Of a stretch of 64,000 nt of DNA, positions 1 through 9,857 are shown one piece after another. The notes under the pieces were generated by a model. That model had not been told where the DNA came from and did not search any database. It saw nothing but the letters and a program-made list of their open reading frames with translations. This stretch comes from an uncultured Pseudomonadales bacterium (GTDB lineage Bacteria > Patescibacteriota > Microgenomatia > UBA1400 > PJMF01): the NCBI GenBank assembly GCA_964457085.1, contig CAYWDM010000005.1, positions 12,065 through 76,064 of the forward strand, written 5' to 3'. Both the position numbers and the translations under genes were made by a program. Each line of letters opens with the position of its first letter. The first letter of the stretch is position 1.

Positions 1-929
1 AACAAAAGGCCAAAGAGCCTGTGCTGAGTTTCGCCAAGCCCATCAGACAAACCATCACTCAAACACTTGATGCTTCAGGTTTGGTTGATGCCAAAGAAAA
101 AGCTCTACTTCGTTTTGTGGCAGGCGGCAAATTAACCTATCTCGGTGCCAAAGAAGGCGATGTAATTAAAAAATATCAAACCATTGCCCGCATCGACGCC
201 CGTGATCTTCAAAAAAGACTTGAGCGCAGTCTTAACACCTATTCACAGCAACGAAATAGTTGGGATCAGACCTTAGATGACACCAAAGATCGTGCCATCG
301 CCACTAAAGAAAATCGCACTGTAAACACTAACCAGTTAACCTTAAATAACACCGTCATCGATGTAGAATTGCAAGATATCGCCATTTCTAACGCAGCAAT
401 GACCTCACCAATCGCAGGTATTTTGGTAAGTGCTCCCACTGCAGTTTCTGGTGTAGTCATTGGTGCCACTGATACTTTTGGGGTTGTTAATCCCAGCACC
501 CTAGTTTTTCAGGCTGAAGTTGATGAGGCAGATATCGCCAAAGTCTCAGTTGGCCAAAAAGCGGCACTGTACCTTGATGCATACCCAGATCGTAAAATTG
601 AAACCTACGTCAGTTACATTGGATACCGTGCCATTAACACCAGTAGTGGCACCGCATTCCTAGTTGAACTACCGATCACCGCTGAAAATGCCATTGATAC
701 CTACCGACTCGGTATGAATGGTGATGTCAAAATTGAACTAGCCACTAAAGCAAATGTGTTAACTGTGCCACTCTCAGCCACCAAAGAACGTAGCTCAAAA
801 ATGTATGCTGATGTTAAGTCAGGCGACAATCAAGCCACTGAGCGAGAAATTGAAGCTGGCCTACAAACCGAAGATGTGGTGGAAGTCATCTCTGGTCTAA
901 GTGAGACAGATGAAGTTGTCCAACCATAA
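1..929 (+). CDS. HlyD-family periplasmic adaptor (membrane-fusion protein, MacA/YknX-like) of an ABC efflux system; 5'-truncated by window edge
   Basis: Reading frame is open from nt 3 with no upstream stop, so the N-terminus lies outside the window; beta-sandwich/lipoyl-like adaptor segments; followed directly by MacB-type ATPase and FtsX-type permease genes. Confidence 0.6.
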   Translation, partial: QKAKEPVLSFAKPIRQTITQTLDASGLVDAKEKALLRFVAGGKLTYLGAKEGDVIKKYQTIARIDARDLQKRLERSLNTYSQQRNSWDQTLDDTKDRAIATKENRTVNTNQLTLNNTVIDVELQDIAISNAAMTSPIAGILVSAPTAVSGVVIGATDTFGVVNPSTLVFQAEVDEADIAKVSVGQKAALYLDAYPDRKIETYVSYIGYRAINTSSGTAFLVELPITAENAIDTYRLGMNGDVKIELATKANVLTVPLSATKERSSKMYADVKSGDNQATEREIEAGLQTEDVVEVISGLSETDEVVQP

Positions 930-941
930 GTAAGTTAATTC

Positions 942-1700
942 ATGGCAAAAAAAACCAAGACCTCACCAGCTGCACCAAAAGCAATTGAGACTCCAGTAGT
1001 TCTTGAACTCAGACGTGTTTCAAAAGTCTATAAAATCGGTGATCAAACTATTCGTGCCCTAAATCAGCTCTCACTTTCCATTCATGAGGGTGAATTTGTA
1101 GCAGTCATGGGACCATCCGGATCTGGGAAATCCACTTTTCTACAAATTGCCAGCATGCTCGCAACTCCCAGTAGTGGAGAGATTTTTATCAAAGATCGCA
1201 ACGTCACTGCCTACAATGATGTGGAAAGTGCTCACCTGCGAAATAGCGAAATCGGTTTTGTATTTCAACAATTTAATTTACTGTCAAAAACTCCAGCAAT
1301 TGAACAAGTGGCACTACCACTAATTTACACGCCTGGCGTCACTGAACACGAGCGCATGCGACGCTCAAAAGAAATGCTGGAAAGATTTGGACTAGGAGAT
1401 CGGCTTCACAATACACCAGGAGAACTATCAGGTGGTCAACAACAACGTGTGGCCATTGCTCGGGCGTTGATTAATAACCCAGCCATCATTTTTGCCGATG
1501 AGCCAACCGGAAATCTTGATTCAAAAAGTGGCAAAGACGTAGAACAAATTTTAATGGAGTTAAACGAGGAGGGTCGCACCATCATCATGGTAACTCATAG
1601 CCAAGAGGCTGCAGAAATCGCCAAGCGCGAAGTCTTCATTAAAGATGGTGAGATTTTCTCTGACAAACCAATTACAAAACGTCGTGCCTACAAAAAATAA
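942..1700 (+). CDS. ABC transporter ATP-binding protein (MacB/LolD/YknY type)
   Basis: Walker A GPSGSGKST, ABC signature LSGGQQQRVAIARAL, Walker B IIFADEPT, H-loop VTHS. Confidence 0.9.
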   Translation: MAKKTKTSPAAPKAIETPVVLELRRVSKVYKIGDQTIRALNQLSLSIHEGEFVAVMGPSGSGKSTFLQIASMLATPSSGEIFIKDRNVTAYNDVESAHLRNSEIGFVFQQFNLLSKTPAIEQVALPLIYTPGVTEHERMRRSKEMLERFGLGDRLHNTPGELSGGQQQRVAIARALINNPAIIFADEPTGNLDSKSGKDVEQILMELNEEGRTIIMVTHSQEAAEIAKREVFIKDGEIFSDKPITKRRAYKK

Positions 1701-1702
1701 AC

Positions 1703-2929
1703 ATGGTTATTAAAAACACAGTCCTAGTCGCACTCAAAGCCATTTACGTAAACAAAGGTCGTGCATTATTGACAATGCTTGGCGTGATAATTGGTGTCGC
1801 ATCCGTAGTCTTATTAACTGCTATCGGCAATGGCTTGCAGTCATATATTTCTGATCAATTTGAAAGTCTTGGTTCCAATAACGTGATTATTGCACCAGGC
1901 ACAGTTTTCAAGAAAAATGCAGACGGTAGCAGAACTTTTGGCAGTCGAGATTCACAGGCCAGTAGTATTTCAAATAACAAACTCAAAATGTCGGATGTTT
2001 CCGACATTCGTAAGTTGCGAGAATATGTATCCTATGTTTCCTATGCCAACTCTGAGGCAGACAAGGCACATTTTCAATCAAAAGAAAAAGATGTCACCAT
2101 CATCGGCACTACTGAAGAATATATTAAAATTTACAATACTAAATTTACCGCAGGACGATTTTTTGATAAAGCTGAGAGTCAAGGTGGCGAGCGGGTGATT
2201 GTTCTTGGTGCAAAAGTAGCCACTGAGTTATTTGACAAATCAGATCCAATAGGCAAACGCATTAAAATCGGCACACAGCTATACACAGTTGTGGGTGCTG
2301 TTGAGTCAAGGGGTGGCAGTTTTGGTGGTCCCTCATTTGATGACTATGTGTATATGCCATATAAAACTCTTTCGCAGATTTACGACACAGAAAAAGTGCT
2401 GCAGATCTTTGCCAAAACTAAGGATAAGGAAAGTATTCCTGGGGCAATTAAAGCGATTGAAAAACAATTGGGCAAGCGACTCAATGAAGATGAATTCAGT
2501 GTCTTTGATCAAACTGAAATCCTCAAAACCATTAACGGCATTTTAAGCATGTTAACACTTGGACTTGGTGGTATTGCCGCAATTTCATTGCTGGTCGGTG
2601 GCATCGGCATCATGAACATCATGCTGGTATCTGTGACCGAAAGAACTCGTGAAATTGGCCTACGCAAAGCCCTCGGAGCCACACCAAACCAAATTCTCTG
2701 GCAGTTTTTAATCGAAGCAGCCTTATTATCAGTACTTGGTGGATTAATTGGACTAGCAATCGCCTATTTGGGAGCACTGGCAATTCAATCAGTCTTCCCT
2801 GCCAAAGTAACTATGGATGCAGTGATGCTATCTTTTGGCGTTTCCACAGCTGTGGGATTGGTGTTTGGTGCAGCACCCGCAAATCGAGCAGCTAGACTCT
2901 CACCTATTGAAGCACTACGATATGAGTAG
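1703..2929 (+). CDS. ABC transporter permease, FtsX/MacB family
   Basis: N-terminal TM helix, large extracytoplasmic domain, C-terminal three-TM FtsX-like module containing RTREIGLRKALGA; starts 3 nt after the ATPase gene stop. Confidence 0.8.
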   Translation: MVIKNTVLVALKAIYVNKGRALLTMLGVIIGVASVVLLTAIGNGLQSYISDQFESLGSNNVIIAPGTVFKKNADGSRTFGSRDSQASSISNNKLKMSDVSDIRKLREYVSYVSYANSEADKAHFQSKEKDVTIIGTTEEYIKIYNTKFTAGRFFDKAESQGGERVIVLGAKVATELFDKSDPIGKRIKIGTQLYTVVGAVESRGGSFGGPSFDDYVYMPYKTLSQIYDTEKVLQIFAKTKDKESIPGAIKAIEKQLGKRLNEDEFSVFDQTEILKTINGILSMLTLGLGGIAAISLLVGGIGIMNIMLVSVTERTREIGLRKALGATPNQILWQFLIEAALLSVLGGLIGLAIAYLGALAIQSVFPAKVTMDAVMLSFGVSTAVGLVFGAAPANRAARLSPIEALRYE

Positions 2930-3454
2930 ATGCAGATTTTTAAATTTCTCTTAGTGTTGGTGGTGTTTTTAACAGTTGCTTGGCTCAGCATCAACACCCT
3001 GACTGCCCAAAAAATCATTCCCCTAAATCCCGTAGCTATAGTTGGATTACCCACCACCACCTGGAGTGATGCAGGAAGCACGTTGCAATCAGGTTTTCAA
3101 AATTTTAATACTTCACAATCAATTACTTCAAATGGTTGGCTTAACTCGACTTGGCAAAGTGTCCAAAAAGAGTTGGGTGCCCTAGGCACTCAAACAACAG
3201 AGGTAGCTAAACATGCTCAAAATGTCACCGGTGGCAAAGAATTAATTGGTGTTGCCAATCCAACCAACCCACCTGCACCCCAACTCGAAACAACTTCGAC
3301 ATCAGAATCAGCTAAACCAGCGTCACAAACATCAAATCAAATCACCCCTACTCCAGAACCGTTCTACACCAAGGCTTTGGACTACAGCAAATATGTCTAT
3401 TGTCAGGAAGTTGTCAGAGATTACGAGCTACAACATCCGGAGGTTAAAAAATGA
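2930..3454 (+). CDS. secreted hypothetical protein (signal peptide; Thr/Ser/Pro-rich)
   Basis: Hydrophobic N-terminus LLVLVVFLTVAWLSINTLTAQ; low-complexity TS-rich middle; 4-nt overlap with the downstream NOX-like gene. Confidence 0.4.
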   Translation: MQIFKFLLVLVVFLTVAWLSINTLTAQKIIPLNPVAIVGLPTTTWSDAGSTLQSGFQNFNTSQSITSNGWLNSTWQSVQKELGALGTQTTEVAKHAQNVTGGKELIGVANPTNPPAPQLETTSTSESAKPASQTSNQITPTPEPFYTKALDYSKYVYCQEVVRDYELQHPEVKK

Positions 3455-4761
3455 ACGTATCGTTGATTAAATCACTGACTCGTCCAGGATTTTTTACCAA
3501 TATCGGTTGGCTCGCCATTCTCTGTAGTTCTGCCGTCACTGTCTGTCTCTTTTGGTTGGCGAAGCAACAATACCCCGCCTTCACCAACTGGGTGCTTGGC
3601 ACACAGTTTACAGGAACCATCGGTCTATTTTGGTTGTGTTGGGCATATGTGCTCTCAATGAGGCATAGTTGGTTGGAAAAGTGGTTTAACGGCATCGACA
3701 GAGCCTATAAAGCCCATCACTTTATTGCCGTCACTGCATTTTTTACTTTACTCATACATCCTTTATTGATGGTGTTCCAAGACTTGCCAGCAAATAGTTT
3801 TGCACTCTACCTATTACCTGGAACATATTTTCCTTTCAACCTAGGCATCGTTGCACTATACGTGATGCTATTTTTAGTGGTGCTGACCATAGTCATTGAC
3901 TTGCCGTACTGGATCTGGAAGCAAACACATGAGTGGATGGGAGTGGTGCTACTACTTGGAGGGGCACATGGAATACTCGTTGCCTCTGATTTATCAAAAT
4001 ACTTGCCATTACAACTGTGGATGGTAATCTGGGTGCTGATAGCCACAGCAGCCATTATTTACAAAAGATTTTTATACTACTGGCTAACACCACCTTGTAA
4101 TTATCAGGTTGAGAAACTACAAAAAGAGAATGGTACGCTCATCATCACCCTAAAACCGCAGCTGCATAGTCATGCAATCCAATTACGACCTGGGCAATTT
4201 GGATTTCTCTCAATTCCAAACGTTGGCAGAGATCACGACGAGCATCCTTTTTCTCTCATGGAACAATCGGCACAAACAATAAGTTTTGGCATTAAGATCT
4301 ATGGTACTTTTACTGAAACACTGACAACACTTAAACCAGGTGCAGCAGTAACCCTTCGAGGTCCATTTGGACAATTTGGCGAGCATCTCCTACAAGCAAA
4401 ACAACAAGTCTGGATTGCTGGTGGCATTGGCGTCACACCATTCATTTCACTTTTAAGTGAAATCCAGCCCAATCAATCAGTCACTCTAATCTATGCCAAC
4501 CGCGGGCCTGCTCCAGCACTCTTTACAGCAAAAATAAAACAGTTTTTTGCAAAAAATAAAAAGTGCATGTATGTTGAACATGACACAGCAACACATGGTC
4601 GTTTAACCGCAGATAAAATCACCGAATATGCCGAATTAACTGCAAAAACAAGGGTGTGGCTTTGTGGTCCACCACCGATGATGATGGAGCTTGAAAAACA
4701 GCTTCCAATCCACGGAATTAAGAAAAAATATATTTATTTTGAAGATTTTTCGCTGAAATAA
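3451..4761 (+). CDS. NOX / ferric-reductase family transmembrane flavocytochrome (bis-heme TM domain + FAD + NAD(P)H domains)
   Basis: Two His pairs in TM helices (HHFIAVTAFFTLLIH and HEWMGVVLLLGGAH) with the roughly 13-residue spacing typical of bis-heme ligation; FAD motif HPFS; NAD(P)H motifs GPFG, GGIGVTPF, CGPPPM. Confidence 0.75.
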   Translation: MNVSLIKSLTRPGFFTNIGWLAILCSSAVTVCLFWLAKQQYPAFTNWVLGTQFTGTIGLFWLCWAYVLSMRHSWLEKWFNGIDRAYKAHHFIAVTAFFTLLIHPLLMVFQDLPANSFALYLLPGTYFPFNLGIVALYVMLFLVVLTIVIDLPYWIWKQTHEWMGVVLLLGGAHGILVASDLSKYLPLQLWMVIWVLIATAAIIYKRFLYYWLTPPCNYQVEKLQKENGTLIITLKPQLHSHAIQLRPGQFGFLSIPNVGRDHDEHPFSLMEQSAQTISFGIKIYGTFTETLTTLKPGAAVTLRGPFGQFGEHLLQAKQQVWIAGGIGVTPFISLLSEIQPNQSVTLIYANRGPAPALFTAKIKQFFAKNKKCMYVEHDTATHGRLTADKITEYAELTAKTRVWLCGPPPMMMELEKQLPIHGIKKKYIYFEDFSLK

Positions 4762-4781
4762 ATTACCAAATTAAATCAAAC

Positions 4782-5591
4782 TTACTTCGCACATACTCTG
4801 GTACCCACCCATTCCTTATCAGCCAAAGCTTTGTAGACATTATCTTTCTGCAATCCAGAAAGGATATACGACTCAACCCCATTCTTCAATAAATCTACAG
4901 ATTCTTGGACCTTCAATAACATGCCACCAGTAACATCGAATCCTTTAGTGCGACCAATTGCACTTTGGTATCCTGGCCAGTTTTCTGGAGTAATTCGTGG
5001 AATCACATTGCCATCAACATCAAGAACGCCGGGCACTTCAGTGATGTGAACAATTTTTTTAACCATGTAATCATGTGCCTTAAATTCTCTGGCAAAAAAT
5101 GCCAACACTTCTTCGGTTGACCAAATAGTACAGCCTTGTCCCAAATCTAAGAGCACATCACCGCCAGTAATTGGCACCATTCCTTTTGCTAAATAGCCTT
5201 CAAGCATATCTAAGAAAAACTTGGCTGGTTTGCGCTTATCTGTGATTAAAATATTACTTGGGGCCAGAGTCACTGCGGGCATTTCCTGACGGATACACTC
5301 ATAGACAACGTGACGATTTAGCTGTGCAGCACTATCTTGAACAATTGCCATACCCAATCGGCTCTCATCGTTCACAAATCCATCCATGGTGTGATATTGC
5401 GTGGCTGGCATGTGTGCAAAACTGCCCTGACCGTGGCCAATCACCAGTAATTCTTCTGGTTTTTCAGCTCGAGCTCGAGCAATTTGCTTGATCAAATCGA
5501 TCAATACTCCTTTGCGCAGAGACATCGGCACGTCTTTGTTGGTAATGATCGAACCACCTAGCTTAATTAAGTTAACAATTTTTTTTGACAT
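4782..5591 (-). CDS. isopentenyl phosphate kinase-like (amino-acid-kinase fold)
   Basis: N-terminus KLGGSIITNKD matches the IPK/amino-acid-kinase glycine-rich nucleotide loop; about 270 aa, too short for Asp/Glu kinases. Confidence 0.55.
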   Translation of the reverse strand: MSKKIVNLIKLGGSIITNKDVPMSLRKGVLIDLIKQIARARAEKPEELLVIGHGQGSFAHMPATQYHTMDGFVNDESRLGMAIVQDSAAQLNRHVVYECIRQEMPAVTLAPSNILITDKRKPAKFFLDMLEGYLAKGMVPITGGDVLLDLGQGCTIWSTEEVLAFFAREFKAHDYMVKKIVHITEVPGVLDVDGNVIPRITPENWPGYQSAIGRTKGFDVTGGMLLKVQESVDLLKNGVESYILSGLQKDNVYKALADKEWVGTRVCAK

Positions 5592-5630
5592 ACAGATTTA
5601 TTGCTCCGTAAAAGATTAGTATACAAAAAC

Positions 5631-6260
5631 TCATACATTTTGGCTCAAGATGTTTTGGGCCTGTAGTGCTGTTGGTAGTAATATCTTTTGGCCCAACAGG
5701 CTTTGAGCTGCAATCAAAGAGGTTGGCCTAATATTTTGCCAATCATTATTGAGAAAATCCTGCAATTTTTCGAGTGGAATTTCCAGCAACTCTTCGCCCT
5801 GTGGTAGTCTCCCACTCAAGTCATTCATTTGCTGCCAAGTGAACTCCACAAGTGGCAATGCAAAAACATAAAATAAAACATGCCCATCATCCCTGCGAAT
5901 TTGCTCAACTTTTCCAACCATCTCTGGTTTCCCACGCAACTGGTCAGGATGCAAAATAATGTCAGGCTTCTGCAAACTGCGGGTTTCTTCTGTAAATTCT
6001 CGACCGAAAGCATTTGGAACAAAAACTTCAGGTAGTTCACCGTCTTCCAGCTCAACCTTGCCACTCCACAATGCCCTCATTCCTTGAGCAATAGTAGTCA
6101 TTTCTACATCGTATGTAACACCAGTCATCGCATTTTCGACAACTCGTTCACGCTTGCCAAAATCTTCCTCATTCACAGGCCCCATCACAAAATTACCATT
6201 GAAAAAGGTAATTCCAACAACACCCGTACCTTGTTTAATTTCACTCATATCACACTCCAC
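5631..6260 (-). CDS. hypothetical protein
   Basis: Intact 209-aa ORF; last gene of a same-strand run downstream of the VirD4-like ATPase; no recognisable motif. Confidence 0.35.
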   Translation of the reverse strand: MECDMSEIKQGTGVVGITFFNGNFVMGPVNEEDFGKRERVVENAMTGVTYDVEMTTIAQGMRALWSGKVELEDGELPEVFVPNAFGREFTEETRSLQKPDIILHPDQLRGKPEMVGKVEQIRRDDGHVLFYVFALPLVEFTWQQMNDLSGRLPQGEELLEIPLEKLQDFLNNDWQNIRPTSLIAAQSLLGQKILLPTALQAQNILSQNV

Positions 6261-6633
6261 ATAGTTTCATGGCTAATGCCTCAACTAGTCGATCCTGATT
6301 ACCGATTGTTGCTGTAGCAAACCATTCATCGATTCCGACGTCCTCATCACCGAGCTCAGCTTTGGTGAGTGCGTACAACACCTCACTCATTAAAGTTATA
6401 AATTGTTCACCCAACGCCCCAACAAACTTTCCAGAGTCATAGTTCAGCCCACATTCTGGACAGACTGGCCTATCTTGGGTGTATATAGCCCCACACATGC
6501 CACAACTAAAACCCAGTTCAAATCTAAGTCGCTCAGCCCGCAGCCTCCAGTTTCTGGGTATTTCCATGACACTGTATGTGTCGAAAGTCACAACAAAAAA
6601 CACGCAACTGAAGTGTGTTGCGAAAATCACCAC
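6250..6633 (-). CDS. hypothetical protein with zinc-ribbon
   Basis: CGMCG...CPEC four-Cys ribbon; overlaps downstream gene by 11 nt. Confidence 0.35.
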   Translation of the reverse strand: MVIFATHFSCVFFVVTFDTYSVMEIPRNWRLRAERLRFELGFSCGMCGAIYTQDRPVCPECGLNYDSGKFVGALGEQFITLMSEVLYALTKAELGDEDVGIDEWFATATIGNQDRLVEALAMKLCGV

Positions 6634-6636
6634 CGA

Positions 6637-7395
6637 TTAAGCATCATTTAAAAATCGAGTGAAATCAATCAGGTTCATTTTGGTAGCTTTGAGTAGTTTG
6701 TATATCAATACTGCAGATTCGCGCGGACGACTGAGCAACTGATCTTTTTTGGTTCGAATTGTATTTAGTGCTCTTACGCAATCTCCATGACTTGGTTCTT
6801 TTGGTGCCATCCACATCGCAATCTGATCAAAAGCATCAACTGATTCTGTTGCTGCTGGAGCAACGCGCCATTCAACTCCAATCATGTTTTTTCCATCGGC
6901 AATTTGCCTGATATAACCAAATGCAATTCCCAAAGTAGTTTTTGAAACATCAATACCTCTTTTTACGCCTTCGCGGAAGTGATCTAGCTCATGCTCGATT
7001 GTTTCTAACCACTCTTTCTTATCAACTGGTATTAGAGGATATCCGTCTGCTCGAGCACTCTCGACCTCCTCTTCTACGATTTGGAACCAGCGTTCAGCAT
7101 GAGTTTTATCAAAATTTACAATATTAGCTTGAGATTGAAAAACTGTGTTAAATCCTAGGTATCTCTTATCAGCCTCAGTGAGATGTGGCAAGTCGTCTAG
7201 CCATATAGTAGATGGTTTTTGAATCTGGATTCTCACAGCAGCTCTCAGCTTGGCCTCTCCTTCAGGTGACATGATTTCAGTCCCGCTTAATACATGATTC
7301 AGGCCATCTTCAGCAACGGGAGTCTGCAACTCCTGGCTGCGATCTAGTTTGTGTGGAAGCGATTCATCTTTTGGAGCAACTTGATTTTCTTGCAT
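6637..7395 (-). CDS. hypothetical protein
   Basis: Intact 252-aa ORF immediately after the coupling-ATPase gene; no recognisable motif. Confidence 0.35.
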   Translation of the reverse strand: MQENQVAPKDESLPHKLDRSQELQTPVAEDGLNHVLSGTEIMSPEGEAKLRAAVRIQIQKPSTIWLDDLPHLTEADKRYLGFNTVFQSQANIVNFDKTHAERWFQIVEEEVESARADGYPLIPVDKKEWLETIEHELDHFREGVKRGIDVSKTTLGIAFGYIRQIADGKNMIGVEWRVAPAATESVDAFDQIAMWMAPKEPSHGDCVRALNTIRTKKDQLLSRPRESAVLIYKLLKATKMNLIDFTRFLNDA

Positions 7396-7441
7396 TATGC
7401 AGACTCGTTGTGAATCTAGGTTTTATTTAAAAAAATGGTTG

Positions 7442-9838
7442 TTAGAGCCGAGCTCTAACAGAAATTTCCTGTTCCACCATATCACGGTCTTTGCCATATT
7501 TGAGTCTTGAGAGCTGTTTGACCATCTCTGCTAATTTAGGATTCATTCGAGCCTTAACCATATCCATGTCTTTGGCCAATGACATTGAGAATGAGGGCAC
7601 AGGCTCGTTATTGACGATGGTTTTGATATAGACATGGAATTTCTCAATATTAGCCAAATCATTTTCATTAAATGTTGGGGCAAATTCATGCTGCAAGAAG
7701 TTGGCGTCAGTGACACCGACACGGAATGAGACCATGGTACCCACGTTACCAAAGACAGCGTTCTTCACTTCTTCATCAATCTGACCAATAAACTGGTTAG
7801 CCACAATCAAATTGAGCTTGTACTTACGCGCCTCAGACAAAATCACTGCAAAATCTTCGGTTGCATAGTTCTGGAACTCGTCGACATACAGATAAAAATC
7901 TGTGCGCTGATCCATCGGAATATCTTGACGACTCATAGCAGCAGTCAAAACTTTGGGCACCAAAATCAGACCCAAAAACTTGGCGTCTTCCTCACCCAAG
8001 ATACCCTTACTCAAGTTACACAAAATAATTTTCTTCTCATCCATTGCTCTGCGGAAATTAAATGCACTAGCAGGCTGGCCAATAATATTACGCATGGTCT
8101 TATTGGTCACAAATCGACCAAATTTAGAGACGATGTAATCAAGCACCTCTGACTTGTGAAAATCACTAGTCTGTGCGATTTGATCAGTCCAATATCGTTT
8201 TACCATGGGATCTTTAATCAATGGCAACAACTCTTCAACAAATTTTTGATCAGTGAGACAGCGCACCATCTCGATAAATGTGCTTCCCTTGCGACACATA
8301 ATCGTTAACATAGCATTACGAATAGCATGTTCAAACCGAGGTCCAATGATACCAGTGCGATGTGGATCATAGAGCTTGTACATCAATCCAATAATTGAAC
8401 CAGCTACAAAATGCATCTGCTCTTCAGTATCTGCCTCCATCATGTTCAGGCCCATTGGTCGAGTTAGATCTGATGGGTTGAAATAAATGACATCCTCAAC
8501 ACGCTCTGGTGGCAGCAGTTGCAAAATATCTTCCACAAACTCACCATGTGGATCTATGGCACAAACACCTTTGCCATTTTCGATATCCTGTAAAATCATT
8601 TCTTTGAGAAACTCAGACTTGCCGGTACCTGTCTTGCCGACAATGTACATGTGCCGTTGACGGTCTTTTTCAGAAATATAGACATCTCGTGATTCACCAC
8701 GGTACTGTGACTTTCCCAAGTACAAACCGCTGTTTGGAATCAAGGCTGGAGCTGGAGCATTTTTAGCAATCAACCATTGAATATGATGTGTCTCAACTGT
8801 TTTGTTGGGAAAATGGATGATCGTAGCCAACTCTTCAGTATTGAGCACTGAAGTACCCCAAGACCAAATTGGCATATATCGATAAATAAAATCGATCATG
8901 AAGAAGTGACCGAAAACAAATTTGTTACGTTGAAAGTTATTATGTGGTGAGCTAAATTGAGCAAAAGCACCCACAATGTTATTGAGATGGGAGTCAGCGT
9001 TATATTCATTTGGAGATGAAACCACTACACGAAGTGCAACTTTGAAGCCAGGCTTATCAATCTTAGTATTGATTGCCTCCATTTCTTTCGGATCATGACT
9101 ATAGGTAGCCTTGTTTGGATCAGCTTCACGTTTCTTTTCTTTTTGCATGAAGCTACGGCCTGATTCCTGCCATGAGCGACTCAGTGGTTGAATAGTTAAC
9201 TGGACGATTGCACCTTCACCTTCACCCATTTTTGAAAGTGCGGAAGTAATCAGCGATAGACCATCAGTTGGCAAATCTTTGAAGGTTTTAATTGGTAAAA
9301 ATTTACCTTTTTCTAGTGACAGTTCAGCAAAGGCTACTCGACCTTTTTCATTGAAAATATTAACCTCATCCACTTCTCTAATTTCAGCTGTTGGATAAGC
9401 ACCATTTATTTGTTTTTCTACCAAGTCGCGAATTTTGCGAGGACAGCTGACATAAAAAGCAATTTGCTCGCGCAGTGCCACAATCTCGAAGCTAATTACT
9501 TCCTCTGGCTTCAAAAAGTCAAACCAACCGACATGTTTAATTGAATACAATCCAGCAAACATTTGCTCAGCTGCATCAATCTTAATCTCGTTTTCTTTGG
9601 GTAAACGAACCATCAAAGTCATGAAGTCGAGTGCATCTCGCTCACGATGACGGTGTTTATAAACAACAAACAAAATATATCCGAGGCCCGCCAAAACCAA
9701 AGCTAATGCTAGCCCCCATCCAAACCACAATAGGTACTCATTGGCTTTTGTAATAAAGTCAGTTGAGTCGAACGCACCTCCATTCATACTTCCATTGTAG
9801 AGAAAAAAAACACTTTGGGGTAGTGGTTTGAAAACCAC
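7442..9838 (-). CDS. VirD4/TraD/TraG-like type IV coupling protein (FtsK/HerA-superfamily ATPase)
   Basis: N-terminal TM helix; Walker A VGKTGTGKS; Walker B YVDEFQNY; C-terminal ARKYKLNLIVANQ...G resembles the TraG/TraD C-terminal module; exact start uncertain. Confidence 0.6.
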   Translation of the reverse strand: MVFKPLPQSVFFLYNGSMNGGAFDSTDFITKANEYLLWFGWGLALALVLAGLGYILFVVYKHRHRERDALDFMTLMVRLPKENEIKIDAAEQMFAGLYSIKHVGWFDFLKPEEVISFEIVALREQIAFYVSCPRKIRDLVEKQINGAYPTAEIREVDEVNIFNEKGRVAFAELSLEKGKFLPIKTFKDLPTDGLSLITSALSKMGEGEGAIVQLTIQPLSRSWQESGRSFMQKEKKREADPNKATYSHDPKEMEAINTKIDKPGFKVALRVVVSSPNEYNADSHLNNIVGAFAQFSSPHNNFQRNKFVFGHFFMIDFIYRYMPIWSWGTSVLNTEELATIIHFPNKTVETHHIQWLIAKNAPAPALIPNSGLYLGKSQYRGESRDVYISEKDRQRHMYIVGKTGTGKSEFLKEMILQDIENGKGVCAIDPHGEFVEDILQLLPPERVEDVIYFNPSDLTRPMGLNMMEADTEEQMHFVAGSIIGLMYKLYDPHRTGIIGPRFEHAIRNAMLTIMCRKGSTFIEMVRCLTDQKFVEELLPLIKDPMVKRYWTDQIAQTSDFHKSEVLDYIVSKFGRFVTNKTMRNIIGQPASAFNFRRAMDEKKIILCNLSKGILGEEDAKFLGLILVPKVLTAAMSRQDIPMDQRTDFYLYVDEFQNYATEDFAVILSEARKYKLNLIVANQFIGQIDEEVKNAVFGNVGTMVSFRVGVTDANFLQHEFAPTFNENDLANIEKFHVYIKTIVNNEPVPSFSMSLAKDMDMVKARMNPKLAEMVKQLSRLKYGKDRDMVEQEISVRARL

Positions 9839-9857
9839 TGTGAAACTGCCAAAAAAA

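Noticed and set aside
266-3081. Nested or antisense ORFs inside the adaptor, ATPase and permease genes (e.g. 266..499 -, 1890..2198 +, 2289..2546 +, 2785..3081 -)
   Set aside because: They lie fully inside longer ORFs with clear conserved motifs, so they are treated as spurious
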